From an uncultured Actinomycetota bacterium (GTDB lineage: Bacteria > Actinomycetota > Actinomycetes > JAFAQI01): a stretch of DNA of 64,000 bases. A program made the position numbers and the translations under genes. The DNA lies in assembly GCA_963770565.1 (NCBI GenBank), contig CAVYQE010000002.1:320001-384000 (forward strand). The letters are read 5' to 3'. Positions 9,086 through 19,321 of this stretch are shown piece after piece (the stretch's first letter is position 1; each line of letters opens with the position of its first letter). Below the pieces are notes generated by a model that searched no databases, was not told the DNA's origin, and worked only from the letters and a program-made list of their open reading frames with translations.

Positions 9086-10513
9086 ATGAGCTCCGCCACC
9101 ACGCCTTCCGCACCGTCCACCCTGCGCGCCCTCCGCGACTCCGGCCATGTCGCCAAGACGGTCAAGACCGAACTGCGCGACAACTTGCTCGCCCGGCTGT
9201 CCCGCGGCGAGGAGCGGTTTCCCGGAATCGTCGGCTTCGACGACACCGTTCTCCCCCAGCTCGAGCGCGCCCTGCTGGCCGGCCATGACGTCGTACTGCT
9301 CGGTGAGCGCGGACAGGGCAAGACTCGGCTGATCCGCACCTTGGTGCAGCTGCTCGACGAGTGGACCCCGGTCGTCGCCGGCTGCGAGATCAACGACCAC
9401 CCCTACTACCCGGTCTGCACCCGGTGCCGGCAACTCGCCAGTGAGCGCGGCGACGACCTGCCGGTCGCGTGGAAGCACCGCGACGAGCGGTACGCCGAGA
9501 AGCTCGCCACCCCTGACGTGTCGGTCGGTGATCTGATCGGGGACGTCGACCCGATCAAGGTGGCCGAGGGCCGGGTGCTCGGCGACCCCGAGACGGTGCA
9601 CTACGGCCTGGTGCCGCGCACGAACCGCGGCATCATCGCGATCAACGAGCTGCCCGACCTGGCCGAGCGGATCCAGGTCGCGCTGCTCAACGTGCTCGAG
9701 GAGCGCGACATCCAGGTCCGCGGCTATACCCTGCGGCTCCCGCTCGACGTCCTGCTGCTCGCCACTGCCAACCCCGAGGACTACACCAACCGCGGCCGGA
9801 TCATCACGCCGTTGAAGGACCGCTTCGGCGCCGAGGTGCGCACCCACTACCCGCTCGACCTCGAGGACGAGCTCCACCTGGTCCGGCAGGAGGCGCTGGT
9901 CGACTGGGGCGAGGACGCGGTGTCCGCCGCGCTCCCCGACCACCTGGTCGAGGTGATCGCCCGCTTCACCCGCCATGTCCGGGAGTCTCCGGCCGTCGAC
10001 CAACGCTCCGGAGTGTCGGCTCGATTCGCCGTGGCTGCCGCAGAGACCGTCGCCGCGTCCGCGGTGCGGCGGGCGGCCCTGACCGGCGAGCAGCTCGCGG
10101 TCGCGCGGGTCGCCGACCTGCCGTCAATCGTTCCGGCGGTCCAGGGCAAGGTCGAGTTCGAAGCGTCGGAGGAGGGCCGCGAGGCCGAGGTGCTCGAGCA
10201 CCTGCTCCGCCGATCGGTCGCGGACACCTTCCGGGCCCGGCTCGGCGGAGTCGACCTCGGGCCGCTCGTCGAGATGTTCGCCGACGGCGCGACCGTCGAG
10301 ACCGGCGAGCTGGTGCCGGCCACCGACCTGCTGTCCGGCCTCGGCACGGTGCCCGGTCTCGGCCGGCTGCTGACCGCGGTCGGGATCGACGAAGGCGCGG
10401 AGACCCCCGAGCTGGCCGCGGCCGGGCTCGAGTTCGCCCTCGAAGGCCTGTACCTGCTCCGCCGGCTGTCGAAGGAGACGGTCGCCGACCGCGCCGTCTA
10501 CGGATCGCGGTAG
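9086..10513 (+). CDS. Mg-chelatase-like AAA+ ATPase (Rv0958-like)
   Basis: Walker A GERGQGKT, AINELPDL, TANPEDYTNRGRII. Confidence 0.9.
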   Translation: MSSATTPSAPSTLRALRDSGHVAKTVKTELRDNLLARLSRGEERFPGIVGFDDTVLPQLERALLAGHDVVLLGERGQGKTRLIRTLVQLLDEWTPVVAGCEINDHPYYPVCTRCRQLASERGDDLPVAWKHRDERYAEKLATPDVSVGDLIGDVDPIKVAEGRVLGDPETVHYGLVPRTNRGIIAINELPDLAERIQVALLNVLEERDIQVRGYTLRLPLDVLLLATANPEDYTNRGRIITPLKDRFGAEVRTHYPLDLEDELHLVRQEALVDWGEDAVSAALPDHLVEVIARFTRHVRESPAVDQRSGVSARFAVAAAETVAASAVRRAALTGEQLAVARVADLPSIVPAVQGKVEFEASEEGREAEVLEHLLRRSVADTFRARLGGVDLGPLVEMFADGATVETGELVPATDLLSGLGTVPGLGRLLTAVGIDEGAETPELAAAGLEFALEGLYLLRRLSKETVADRAVYGSR

Positions 10514-10524
10514 GCGCCGACCCG

Positions 10525-12483
10525 ATGACCCGGTCCCGGTACGGCGAATGGCACGGTGGAGACGATCCGCTGGCCGCGCCGTACGACGTCAGCGACGCGA
10601 TCGACGAGCTCGGCGACTCCGTTCTTGACGGCCTGTCGCCCGCTGAGGCGCTCGCCCAGCTCATGCGCCGGGGCCTGTCGGACCGGCGCGGACTCGACGA
10701 CCTGCTCCGGCAGGTCCGCGAGCAGCAGCGCCGGGCCCGCCGGGCCGGCCGGCTGGACGGCACTCTCGAACAGGTCCGCGAGCTACTCGACCGGGCGCTC
10801 GAGGCCGAGCGCGCGGCGTTGTTCCCCGACCCGAGCGACGACGCGCGGCTCGCCGAAGCCGAGCTCGACAACCTCCCCGCCGACACCGCGCGCGCGGTCC
10901 GCGAGCTGACCGAGTATTCGTGGCACTCGCCCGAGGCGCAGGCGGCGTACGACGAGATCCAGGACCTGCTCAGACGCGAGGTGCTCGACAGCCAGTTCCG
11001 CGGGATCAAGCAGGCGCTGCAAGGCGGCGATCCCGAAACGCAGCAACGGGTCAAGGACATGCTTCGGGCGCTGAACGAGATGCTCGACGCCGACGCCCGT
11101 GGCGATGACACCGCGCAGCAGTTCGACGAGTTCATGGCGAACTACGGCGACTTCTTCCCGGACCACCCGCAGTCGCTGGAAGAGCTGATCGACTCGCTCG
11201 CACGTCGCGCCGCCGCTGCCCAACGCCTGATGAACTCGCTGTCACCGGAGCAGCAGTCCGAGCTCGCCGAGCTGATGATGCAGGCGATGCAGGACTCCGG
11301 CCTCGCCGGTGAGATGGCCCGGCTGTCGGACCAGTTGCGCGCGCGCCGGCCGGAGCTCGACTGGCAGGGCCGGCAGCGGATGCGCGGCGACACTCCGCTC
11401 GGCCTCGGCGATGCGACCACCGCGCTGGAGGAGTCCGCCGATCTCGACGAGCTCGAGCAGATGCTGTCGCAGGACTACGCCGGCGCCTCGCTCGACGATG
11501 TCGACCCGGAGCTGCTCGAGCGCGCGCTCGGCCGTAACGCGGTCGACGACCTGGCCGCGCTTCGCCGGATCGAACGCGAGCTGCAACAGCAGGGCTACCT
11601 GCAGCGCAGCGGGGGCGACGTGACCTTGACCCCGCGCGGGATGCGGCGGATCGGCGAGACGGCGCTCGCCCGGATCTTCGCCCGACTGCACGCCGATGGC
11701 CGGGGCGACCACGACACCCGCGACGCCGGTCCGGCCGGCGACCCCACCGGTGCGACCCGCCAGTGGCAGTTCGGCGACGAGCAGCCGTTCGACGTCGTAC
11801 GAACCGTTCGCAACGCGGTCCTGCGGTCCGGCGCCGGGACTCCGGTGAAGATCGGCGTCGACGATTTCGAGGTGGTCGAAACCGAGCGACGGTCAGGTGC
11901 CGCGGTGGCGCTGCTGATCGACCTGTCGTACTCGATGGCGCTGCGCGGCACCTGGGCGGCGGCCAAGTCGACCGCACTCGCGCTGCACACGTTGGTCTCG
12001 ACCAAGTATCCGCAGGACGCGATCGAGATCATCGGCTTCTCGCGCTATGCCCGGGTGCTTCGCCCGGCCGACCTGCCGACCCTGTCGTGGGACATGGTGC
12101 AGGGCACCAACCTCCAGCACGCGTTGATGCTCGCGACCCGTCACTTGTCCAAGCATCCCGAGGCCGAGCCGGTCGTGATGGTCGTCACCGACGGCGAGCC
12201 CACGGCGCACCTGATGCCGGACGGCAACGCATGGTTCGACTGGCCGACCCACCCGGAGACCACGGCGGCGACGATGGCCGAGGTGGAGCGGGTCACCCGG
12301 CGCGGAGCGACGATCAATGTCTTCATGCTCGACGACGAGCCCGGCCTGGTCCGCTTCGTCGAGGCGATGGCGGCCCGGAACGGGGGGCGCGTCTTCACCT
12401 CTGACAGCGACCGGCTCGGCGACTACGTCGTGAGCGACTATCTGCGCGCGCGTCGGGGCCGGCGAGCCGGCCGGTCGGCATAG
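10525..12483 (+). CDS. VWA domain protein (Rv0959-like), partner of AAA+ ATPase
   Basis: MIDAS DLSYSM, GTNLQH, VTDGEPT. Confidence 0.9.
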   Translation: MTRSRYGEWHGGDDPLAAPYDVSDAIDELGDSVLDGLSPAEALAQLMRRGLSDRRGLDDLLRQVREQQRRARRAGRLDGTLEQVRELLDRALEAERAALFPDPSDDARLAEAELDNLPADTARAVRELTEYSWHSPEAQAAYDEIQDLLRREVLDSQFRGIKQALQGGDPETQQRVKDMLRALNEMLDADARGDDTAQQFDEFMANYGDFFPDHPQSLEELIDSLARRAAAAQRLMNSLSPEQQSELAELMMQAMQDSGLAGEMARLSDQLRARRPELDWQGRQRMRGDTPLGLGDATTALEESADLDELEQMLSQDYAGASLDDVDPELLERALGRNAVDDLAALRRIERELQQQGYLQRSGGDVTLTPRGMRRIGETALARIFARLHADGRGDHDTRDAGPAGDPTGATRQWQFGDEQPFDVVRTVRNAVLRSGAGTPVKIGVDDFEVVETERRSGAAVALLIDLSYSMALRGTWAAAKSTALALHTLVSTKYPQDAIEIIGFSRYARVLRPADLPTLSWDMVQGTNLQHALMLATRHLSKHPEAEPVVMVVTDGEPTAHLMPDGNAWFDWPTHPETTAATMAEVERVTRRGATINVFMLDDEPGLVRFVEAMAARNGGRVFTSDSDRLGDYVVSDYLRARRGRRAGRSA

Positions 12484-12544
12484 CCGCAACGCGCCACCGG
12501 TGGCTCGGGCCACGAATGATGCGACGGCAGGGCAAGATCGACGG

Positions 12545-13801
12545 GTGACCTCGCCGGACCGACCGCCGCTGCCGCGCGAGGTCCGGATCCTGGTCGCGGT
12601 CGCCTTCTTCGTCGCGCTCGGCTTCGGAATCGTCGCTCCGGCCCTCCCGGTCTTCGCGCGCGACTTCGGCGTGGGGCGCGCGGCCGCAGCAGCGGTGATC
12701 AGCGCCTTCGCGTTCCTGCGGATCGCGTTCGCGTTGCCCGCGGGCCGGCTGGTCGACCGGCTCGGCGAGCGGCTCGTGCTCGCGATCGGCATCGGCATCG
12801 TGGCCGTGAGCAGCGCGCTCGCCGGCCTTGCGCACAGCTACGCCGAGCTGATCGCGCTGCGCGGGATCGGCGGCGTCGGCTCGGCAATGTTCTCGATCAG
12901 CGCGATGAGCCTGCTGGTCAGGATGGTGCCGGCCGTGCAGCGCGGTCGGGCGCTCGGCTTCTGGCAGGGCGGCTTCCTGCTCGGCGGCATCACCGGCCCA
13001 GTGCTCGGCGGCGTGGTCACGGGGGTGTCGATCCGGCTCCCCTTCTTCCTGTACGCCGGCACCCTTGCGATGGCCGGGACGGTCGCGATCGTTGCGCTGC
13101 GCGCCACTCCGCTGGCCGACCGCGCGGACGCCGCGTCGACCTCGCGGACCTCGCTGGCAACCGCACTTCGCGATCCGGCGTACCGAGCGGCACTGGCCGC
13201 GAACTTCGCCGACTCGTGGGGTGCGGTCGGCGTCCGGTCTGCGCTCATCCCGCTGTTCGTCTCGGACGTCCTTCACAAGCCGGTGATCTGGACCGGCTTC
13301 GGCTTTCTGGTCGTGTCCGCGGTCAACGGCGCAATGCTGCTGCCCGCCGCGCACTACGCGGATCGGGTCGGCCGCAAGCCGGTCCTGCTCACCGGCTGTC
13401 TCGGCAGCGGGATCGGAATCGCGGTGCTCGCGATCTGGCCGGACCTCGGGGGCTACTTCGTCGGGCTGGCGTTACTCGGGTTCGGCTCGGGCCTGCTCGA
13501 CGTCGCACCGGGGGCAGTCGTGGGAGATGTCGTCGAGGGCCGCGGCGGCCCGGTGTTCGCGGCGTACTCGATGTCGTCCGACCTCGGCACGGTCATCGGC
13601 CCGGTAGTCGCCGGCCGGATCGCGGATGCCTCCTACTCCGATGCGTTCGGGGTGACCGCCAGCATCCTGGCCGTGGCCGCCGTGTTCGCCGCCCGGTCAC
13701 CGGAGACGCTGCATCGCGCCACGGCGCGCGCCGCTGCACACGCGGCGGCCGTACCCGGCCCGCACCCGGACGGTGCGACCTCGGCGACCACCACGACTTG
13801 A
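12545..13801 (+). CDS. MFS transporter
   Basis: About 12 TM helices, motif A GRLVDRLGER and ADRVGRK; in-frame TTA codon at 13472. Confidence 0.92.
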   Translation: MTSPDRPPLPREVRILVAVAFFVALGFGIVAPALPVFARDFGVGRAAAAAVISAFAFLRIAFALPAGRLVDRLGERLVLAIGIGIVAVSSALAGLAHSYAELIALRGIGGVGSAMFSISAMSLLVRMVPAVQRGRALGFWQGGFLLGGITGPVLGGVVTGVSIRLPFFLYAGTLAMAGTVAIVALRATPLADRADAASTSRTSLATALRDPAYRAALAANFADSWGAVGVRSALIPLFVSDVLHKPVIWTGFGFLVVSAVNGAMLLPAAHYADRVGRKPVLLTGCLGSGIGIAVLAIWPDLGGYFVGLALLGFGSGLLDVAPGAVVGDVVEGRGGPVFAAYSMSSDLGTVIGPVVAGRIADASYSDAFGVTASILAVAAVFAARSPETLHRATARAAAHAAAVPGPHPDGATSATTTT

Positions 13802-13846
13802 CCGTTTGCCATGACACCGCCTCGCTGAGCCATCAGACTCAACGAG

Positions 13847-16800
13847 ATGATCAACCGCCGATTCGTGCCGGCGCTCGCGGCAGTCGCGCTGGCGGCCGGC
13901 GGCCTGATCGCGGGCCCGGCGTCCAGCGCGCATGCCGACGGTGACGGGTCGCCCGGTGACAGCACGATCTCGGTCAACAACCTGCGGGACGGTTGGGACG
14001 ACAGCGAACCCGAGCTGCTGCCCGCGAACGTCAGCGCCAGCGACTTCGGGCCGCTGTTCACCACCCCGGTCACCGGCCAGGTCTATGCCCAGCCGCTCGT
14101 CGTGAAGCAGTCGGTCGGCTCGACCGGCACGCTGGTCGTCGCCACCGAGGACGACGACGTCTACGGCATGAACCCGGCGAGCGGGGCGATCGAGTGGACC
14201 GACGAACTCGGCACCCCGTGGTCGGCGAGCGTCCTCGACTGCGGCGATCTCTCGCCGGACATCGGGGTCACGTCGACCCCCGTCTACGACCCGTCGTCCA
14301 ACACCCTCTACGTGATGGCCAAGGAGGCCCCGGACGGCGCGGACAGCACCGACCCGGTCTGGCGCCTGCACGCCCTCGACGCGAGCACCGGTGCCGAACG
14401 CACCGGCTGGCCGGTGCCGATCGGCGGCCATCCCGACAACGACCCGACCGAGACCTTCAACTCGGAGACCGAGGCACAACGGCCCGGCCTGCTTCTGCTC
14501 GACGGCATCGTCTATGCGGGGTTCGCCAGCTACTGCGACCACGGGCCGTACAACGGGTACGTCGTCGGAGTCAGCACCTCCACCGCGACCCAGACCGCGA
14601 TGTTCACCACCGAGGTCGGCACCAACGACGGCGAGGGCGGGATCTGGCAGTCGGGCGGCGGGCTGGTCTCGGACGGCCCCGGCCAGATCATCATCACGAC
14701 CGGCAACGGCGACACCTCGCCGGTGCCACCCGGCGACTCCCCGCCGACCTCGCTGGAGGAGGCGGTCGTCCGGCTCACGGTCCAGCCCGACGGGACGCTC
14801 TCGGCGACCGACTGGTTCAGCCCGGACACCAGGGCGGTCCTCGACGAGAACGACACCGACCTCGGCGCCGGCGGCCCGATGGCGATACCCGACGGCTACG
14901 GCAGCACGTCGTACCCGCACCTGCTGGTGCAGGACGGGAAGGATGGCCACGTCTACCTGCTCGACCGCAACAACCTCGGCGGGCTCGGTCAGGGTCCCGG
15001 GGGAACCGACGACGCGCTGGGGATCAGCGGGCCCTACGACGGCATGTGGGGTCACCCGGCGTTCTGGGGCGGCCCGGACGGCGCCTTCGTCTACACGGTC
15101 GAGAACGGCGGGTATCTCCGCGCGCTGGAGCTCACTTCCGATGCCGGCGGCGTGCCGTCGCTGACGTCAGTGGCCACCAGCACGGCCACCTTCGGCTTCA
15201 CGAGCGGGTCGCCAATCGTCACATCGGACGGCGCCGACTCGCCGGCGTTGATCTGGGTGGTCAGCGTGATCGGGTCGTCCGGCCGCTTCCCGGTGCTCAA
15301 CGCCTACAACGCCGCGCCCGACAACGGCGTCCTCAACAAGGTCTACTCGGCACCACTCGATCCGCCCGGAGTCACCGATGGCAACGACGCGCACGGCACG
15401 AAGTTCGCGACCGCGGCCACCTCGGACGGTCGGGTCTACGTCGCGACCCGGGACGGCGACGTCTTCGGCTTCGGCCATCCGTCGGCCGCACCCCTGAACG
15501 CTTCGCCAACTGACTTCGGCAACGTCGCCGTCGGTGACAACGCAATGCTGCCGGTGACCCTGACCGCCACCAGGCCGATCACGATCACCGCAGCGACCGC
15601 CGGTGGGGGGTTCACAGTCGCCCTGCCCGACGACGAGAGCCTTCCGGCCACCCTCACGACCGGCCAGCAGTTCGCCGTCGACGTGACCTTCACCCCGACC
15701 TTCGCGGGCCCGCAGTCGACCACCTTGCAACTGGCGACCAAAGCGGGCAGTACGACGGGTGCCGTCACGTTCGATGTCGACGGCTACGGCACAAGGCCCG
15801 GGCTGACCGTGTCGCCCGGCAGCGTCGACTTCGGCGAGGTACCGGTCGGATCCGTCAACACCGCCGGGCTCAACGTGGTCAACACCTCCGGGACCGAGGA
15901 GTCGTTCACCGTCGACGCATCCGGACTCGCACCGCCGTTCGCGTCCGCGAACCTGCCCGCTCCCGACACCATCCTTCAGGCCGGCGCGTCGATCGCCGTA
16001 CCGCTCAGCTATGCGCCGACCGCACCGTCCGCGGCCGACTCGGGGTCGCTGGTCTTCACCGTCGAGGGGGTCGCGCCGCTGACCGTTCCGCTGACCGGCA
16101 GCGCGATCGTCGGCGCCGCTCACCTGACGCTGAGCCCCGCGACGCTGAACTTCGGACTGGTCGCCCGCGGCCACTCGGTCACTAAGAGCTTCAAGATCCG
16201 CAACACCGGCACCGTCACCCTGACGCTGGAAAAGGCGGCGCCGCCGACCGGGGAGTTCACCGCGGCCAACCCGGTTTCGGAAGGTTCCAAGATCCTGCCG
16301 GACGCGGCGATCGTGCAGTCCGTGACCTTCCGGCCGACCCGGCACGGCGTGAGCACGGCGCAATACCTCATCACCGGCGACGACGGGCAGGGCCACCAGG
16401 CCGAGCAGCTGATCGGCCAGGACGACGAGATCGCCGACTGGTACGACCGGCACGGCGGGACGTCGTCATCCCTCGGCAAGCCCACCGATCGGGAACACGG
16501 CGTGGCCGGCGGATACGTCCGCAACTACCAGCACGGCCGGCTCTACTGGTCGGCGGCGACCGGCGTGCACGAGATCCGCGGCCCGGTGCTGAGCCGTTAC
16601 CTGGCCCTCGGCGGGGCGGCCGGCCCGGCCGGCTTCCCGACCAGCAATGTGACCGTCCTCGCGCACGGCCGGCGGGCCCGCTTCTCCGATGGGTACGCGA
16701 TCTACTGGTCGCGGCCGACCGGCGCCTGGGCGGTCTTCGGTCGGGTCGAGAACAAGTGGCTCGCGCTCGGCGGCCAGCACGGGCGGCTCGGCTACCCGAT

Positions 16801-16903
16801 CGCGAACACCCACCCGATCAAGGACGGCTGGCGCGGCCGGTTCCGGAACGGCACGATCACCTGGACCTCGACGAACGGGTACGTCGTGCACTACCGCGCC
16901 TGA
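13847..16903 (+). CDS. Secreted protein: PQQ-like beta-propeller, three ASH/choice-of-anchor-D Ig-like domains, LGFP-type repeats
   Basis: Signal peptide; YAQPL, GVTSTPV, QRPGLLL, GGIWQSG, DTDLGAGG; DFGNV/VDFGEV/LNFGLV Ig starts; LGKP/AGFP/LGYP repeats. Confidence 0.8.
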   Translation: MINRRFVPALAAVALAAGGLIAGPASSAHADGDGSPGDSTISVNNLRDGWDDSEPELLPANVSASDFGPLFTTPVTGQVYAQPLVVKQSVGSTGTLVVATEDDDVYGMNPASGAIEWTDELGTPWSASVLDCGDLSPDIGVTSTPVYDPSSNTLYVMAKEAPDGADSTDPVWRLHALDASTGAERTGWPVPIGGHPDNDPTETFNSETEAQRPGLLLLDGIVYAGFASYCDHGPYNGYVVGVSTSTATQTAMFTTEVGTNDGEGGIWQSGGGLVSDGPGQIIITTGNGDTSPVPPGDSPPTSLEEAVVRLTVQPDGTLSATDWFSPDTRAVLDENDTDLGAGGPMAIPDGYGSTSYPHLLVQDGKDGHVYLLDRNNLGGLGQGPGGTDDALGISGPYDGMWGHPAFWGGPDGAFVYTVENGGYLRALELTSDAGGVPSLTSVATSTATFGFTSGSPIVTSDGADSPALIWVVSVIGSSGRFPVLNAYNAAPDNGVLNKVYSAPLDPPGVTDGNDAHGTKFATAATSDGRVYVATRDGDVFGFGHPSAAPLNASPTDFGNVAVGDNAMLPVTLTATRPITITAATAGGGFTVALPDDESLPATLTTGQQFAVDVTFTPTFAGPQSTTLQLATKAGSTTGAVTFDVDGYGTRPGLTVSPGSVDFGEVPVGSVNTAGLNVVNTSGTEESFTVDASGLAPPFASANLPAPDTILQAGASIAVPLSYAPTAPSAADSGSLVFTVEGVAPLTVPLTGSAIVGAAHLTLSPATLNFGLVARGHSVTKSFKIRNTGTVTLTLEKAAPPTGEFTAANPVSEGSKILPDAAIVQSVTFRPTRHGVSTAQYLITGDDGQGHQAEQLIGQDDEIADWYDRHGGTSSSLGKPTDREHGVAGGYVRNYQHGRLYWSAATGVHEIRGPVLSRYLALGGAAGPAGFPTSNVTVLAHGRRARFSDGYAIYWSRPTGAWAVFGRVENKWLALGGQHGRLGYPIANTHPIKDGWRGRFRNGTITWTSTNGYVVHYRA

Positions 16904-16935
16904 CCGTCCTGAGGACCACACCTTAGGTTGGATGG

Positions 16936-17607
16936 GTGCGTACTTCACTCGGACTGCTGGCCGCGGCGACTGCCCTGGCCCTGACCGCTTCTCCCTTCGC
17001 AACAGCGACGGCCGGTCCGACCGTGCCCTCGGGGATCGGAGTCACGGGATCAGTGCATCGGTCCGCGCACCCGCAGTTCACTTACCGCTTTCCGGTGAAG
17101 GGCTGTCACGTCTCCTACAGCCACTACCACCACGACTACCCGGCGACCGACATCTTCGCGGCCCGGGGATGCCGGTTCGTCTCGCCCATCAACGGAACGG
17201 TCGACGAGGTCAGCCGGCACGACCACTGGTCGCCGAGCACCAACAAGGGCTCCCAGCGCGGCGGCCTGTTCGTGTCCGTGATCGGCGTCGACGGCGTGCG
17301 CTACTACGGCTCGCACCTCGAGAAGGTCGCGCCCGGCATCAAGCCCGGGGTCACGGTCAAGCGCGGCCAGGTGCTCGGGCGGATCGGCAACAGTGGTGAC
17401 GCCCGTGGAATCGCGACGCAGGTTCATTTCGGGATCTCGTGGACGACCCCGCACCACATCTGGTGGATCCGTCGCGGGGTGATCTATCCGTGGCCGTACC
17501 TCGACGCCTGGCGGGCCGGGCACCTGCACAAGTCACCGGTCGCGGCGATCAGGCGGGCGTTGCACAAGGCCGGCAAGCGGGTACCGCCTTGCACCGCTGA
17601 CTGCTGA
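16936..17607 (+). CDS. Secreted M23-family peptidase
   Basis: Signal peptide; HDYPATD (HxxxD), YYGSHL, GQVLGRIGNSG; HxH motif reads QVH. Confidence 0.85.
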   Translation: MRTSLGLLAAATALALTASPFATATAGPTVPSGIGVTGSVHRSAHPQFTYRFPVKGCHVSYSHYHHDYPATDIFAARGCRFVSPINGTVDEVSRHDHWSPSTNKGSQRGGLFVSVIGVDGVRYYGSHLEKVAPGIKPGVTVKRGQVLGRIGNSGDARGIATQVHFGISWTTPHHIWWIRRGVIYPWPYLDAWRAGHLHKSPVAAIRRALHKAGKRVPPCTADC

Positions 17608-17612
17608 CCAGG

Positions 17613-18437
17613 TCAGGCCGCCACGGAGGCGGTGAAGATCTGGAACGCCAGTGGCGCGGCGATGCGTCCGTCACCGGCGCGTAGCGGATCAAGCCGGTCA
17701 TCGACCGCTTGGCGAGCGGGGTCGATCGACTCCTCCGGCACTCCCAGGAACCTCAGTTGCTCATCGTCGACGATGGCGTCCCGGTCGACGGTCACCACCA
17801 GCTCGTGGGCGGTCCGCTCGATGCCCACCCAGCCCGCGGAGGACAGGATCCCGCACACCCGCTCGGGGTCGCCGAAGGTGAACGGCCCGGTCGGGCTCTT
17901 GCCGGGCGCGGGCGGCTGCGGGGGTGGAACAAAGGGGGCGAGCGCCGGACTGGCGTGCCACGGGTTGCGCTCGACCGGCTGCCAGCAGGCAAACCCGATC
18001 CGGCCGCCGCCCGACAGCTGCCTCCGGATGTTCGCGAACGCGACCGTCGGCTGGTCGAAGAACATCACCCCGAACTGGCTCAAGGCCACGTCGAATGGCG
18101 CCCCAGCAATCGCCGAGAGCTGGACATCCGCGACCACGAAGTCGATGTTTCGGACGTGCTGTTCGAGCGCCCGACGCCGGGCGGACTCGACCAACGGTTG
18201 CGAGATGTCAGCGCCGACCACCGCGCCGGGAGCGACCGCGCGAGCAGCGGCGATCGTCGTGCCGCCGCCGCCACTTCCGATGTCGAGCACCGATTCGCCC
18301 GCAGCCAGCGCGAGCCGATCGAACAGCACGTCGGTGACGGCGTTGGTCATCGGCTCCCGCCGGTGCCAGACCGATACCCAGTACTCGTCGTTCCACCGAC
18401 GGCGCTCGGCGGCGTTCGGCGCTTGGTCCGTGGTCAC
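17613..18437 (-). CDS. Class I SAM-dependent methyltransferase
   Basis: VLDIGSGGG, GADIS, SQFGVMFF; GGAGG RBS before GTG 18437. Confidence 0.9.
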   Translation of the reverse strand: MTTDQAPNAAERRRWNDEYWVSVWHRREPMTNAVTDVLFDRLALAAGESVLDIGSGGGGTTIAAARAVAPGAVVGADISQPLVESARRRALEQHVRNIDFVVADVQLSAIAGAPFDVALSQFGVMFFDQPTVAFANIRRQLSGGGRIGFACWQPVERNPWHASPALAPFVPPPQPPAPGKSPTGPFTFGDPERVCGILSSAGWVGIERTAHELVVTVDRDAIVDDEQLRFLGVPEESIDPARQAVDDRLDPLRAGDGRIAAPLAFQIFTASVAA

Positions 18438-18487
18438 CCTGATGCCTCCTCGAAACCCGGATCCCGTCGGCTGCGGCGGGCGTCGTA

Positions 18488-19321
18488 CTAGTCGATCACC
18501 CGGCGTTGGAAGGTCCGCAGCGAGAGCAGGGTCAAGCCGAGTACGCCGAAGACCAACGCGCAGGAGAACCCCCAGATCGGCATGTGCGGAAGACTCGGGG
18601 TGAGGGCCGCGCGCAGGCCCTCGCTCATGTAGACCAGCGGGTTGATCAGGACCGCCCACTTCAGCCACGGGATCGGGCCGAGCGTCGACCACGGGTAGTA
18701 GATGCAACCAAGAAACGTCAGCGGGAGCAACACGACGCTGAAGATGAGCGGCACCTTGCGCGGCTCGAACGTCGTACCGATGAGCAGCCCGAACGCGCTG
18801 CCGAGCAGCGAGGCGAAGACCAACACGAAGATGAACAACGGCACGTTATGGATCGCGACCGACGGCGCCTCGCCCTTCGCGTGCACCAGCAGCACGACCG
18901 GGAAGACGATCCCCGCCGCGAGCATCGACTGGGTCGCGCCGGAGAAGATCTTGGCCAGACCCACGGTCCACACCGGTGCCGGCGCCAGCACCCGGTCCTC
19001 GATCTCCTTCGAGTACGAGAACTCCTGCACCAGCGGAAGCGCAACCGCTTGGATGCCCTGGAAGTTGATCGCGACCGCGATCAACCCGGGCACCAGGATG
19101 GTCGAGAACGATGGCGCACCGGCAGCGTGGTGCATCGGGCCGATGCCCTGGCCGATCTTGGGAAAGACATACGCAAAGACGAAGGTGAACAGCAGCGGCT
19201 GCATCACCACGCGGACGAGAAACTGCCCGATGTCCTTGCGCAGCACCCAGATGTCGCGGGCATAAAGCGCGGCCAGCACGCGCATCGCGCCGGTCGACCC
19301 GCCGGGTTGGGGGCTACTCAC
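18488..19321 (-). CDS. ABC-2 type exporter permease
   Basis: About six TM helices, INPLVYMSEGLR. Confidence 0.9.
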   Translation of the reverse strand: MSSPQPGGSTGAMRVLAALYARDIWVLRKDIGQFLVRVVMQPLLFTFVFAYVFPKIGQGIGPMHHAAGAPSFSTILVPGLIAVAINFQGIQAVALPLVQEFSYSKEIEDRVLAPAPVWTVGLAKIFSGATQSMLAAGIVFPVVLLVHAKGEAPSVAIHNVPLFIFVLVFASLLGSAFGLLIGTTFEPRKVPLIFSVVLLPLTFLGCIYYPWSTLGPIPWLKWAVLINPLVYMSEGLRAALTPSLPHMPIWGFSCALVFGVLGLTLLSLRTFQRRVID

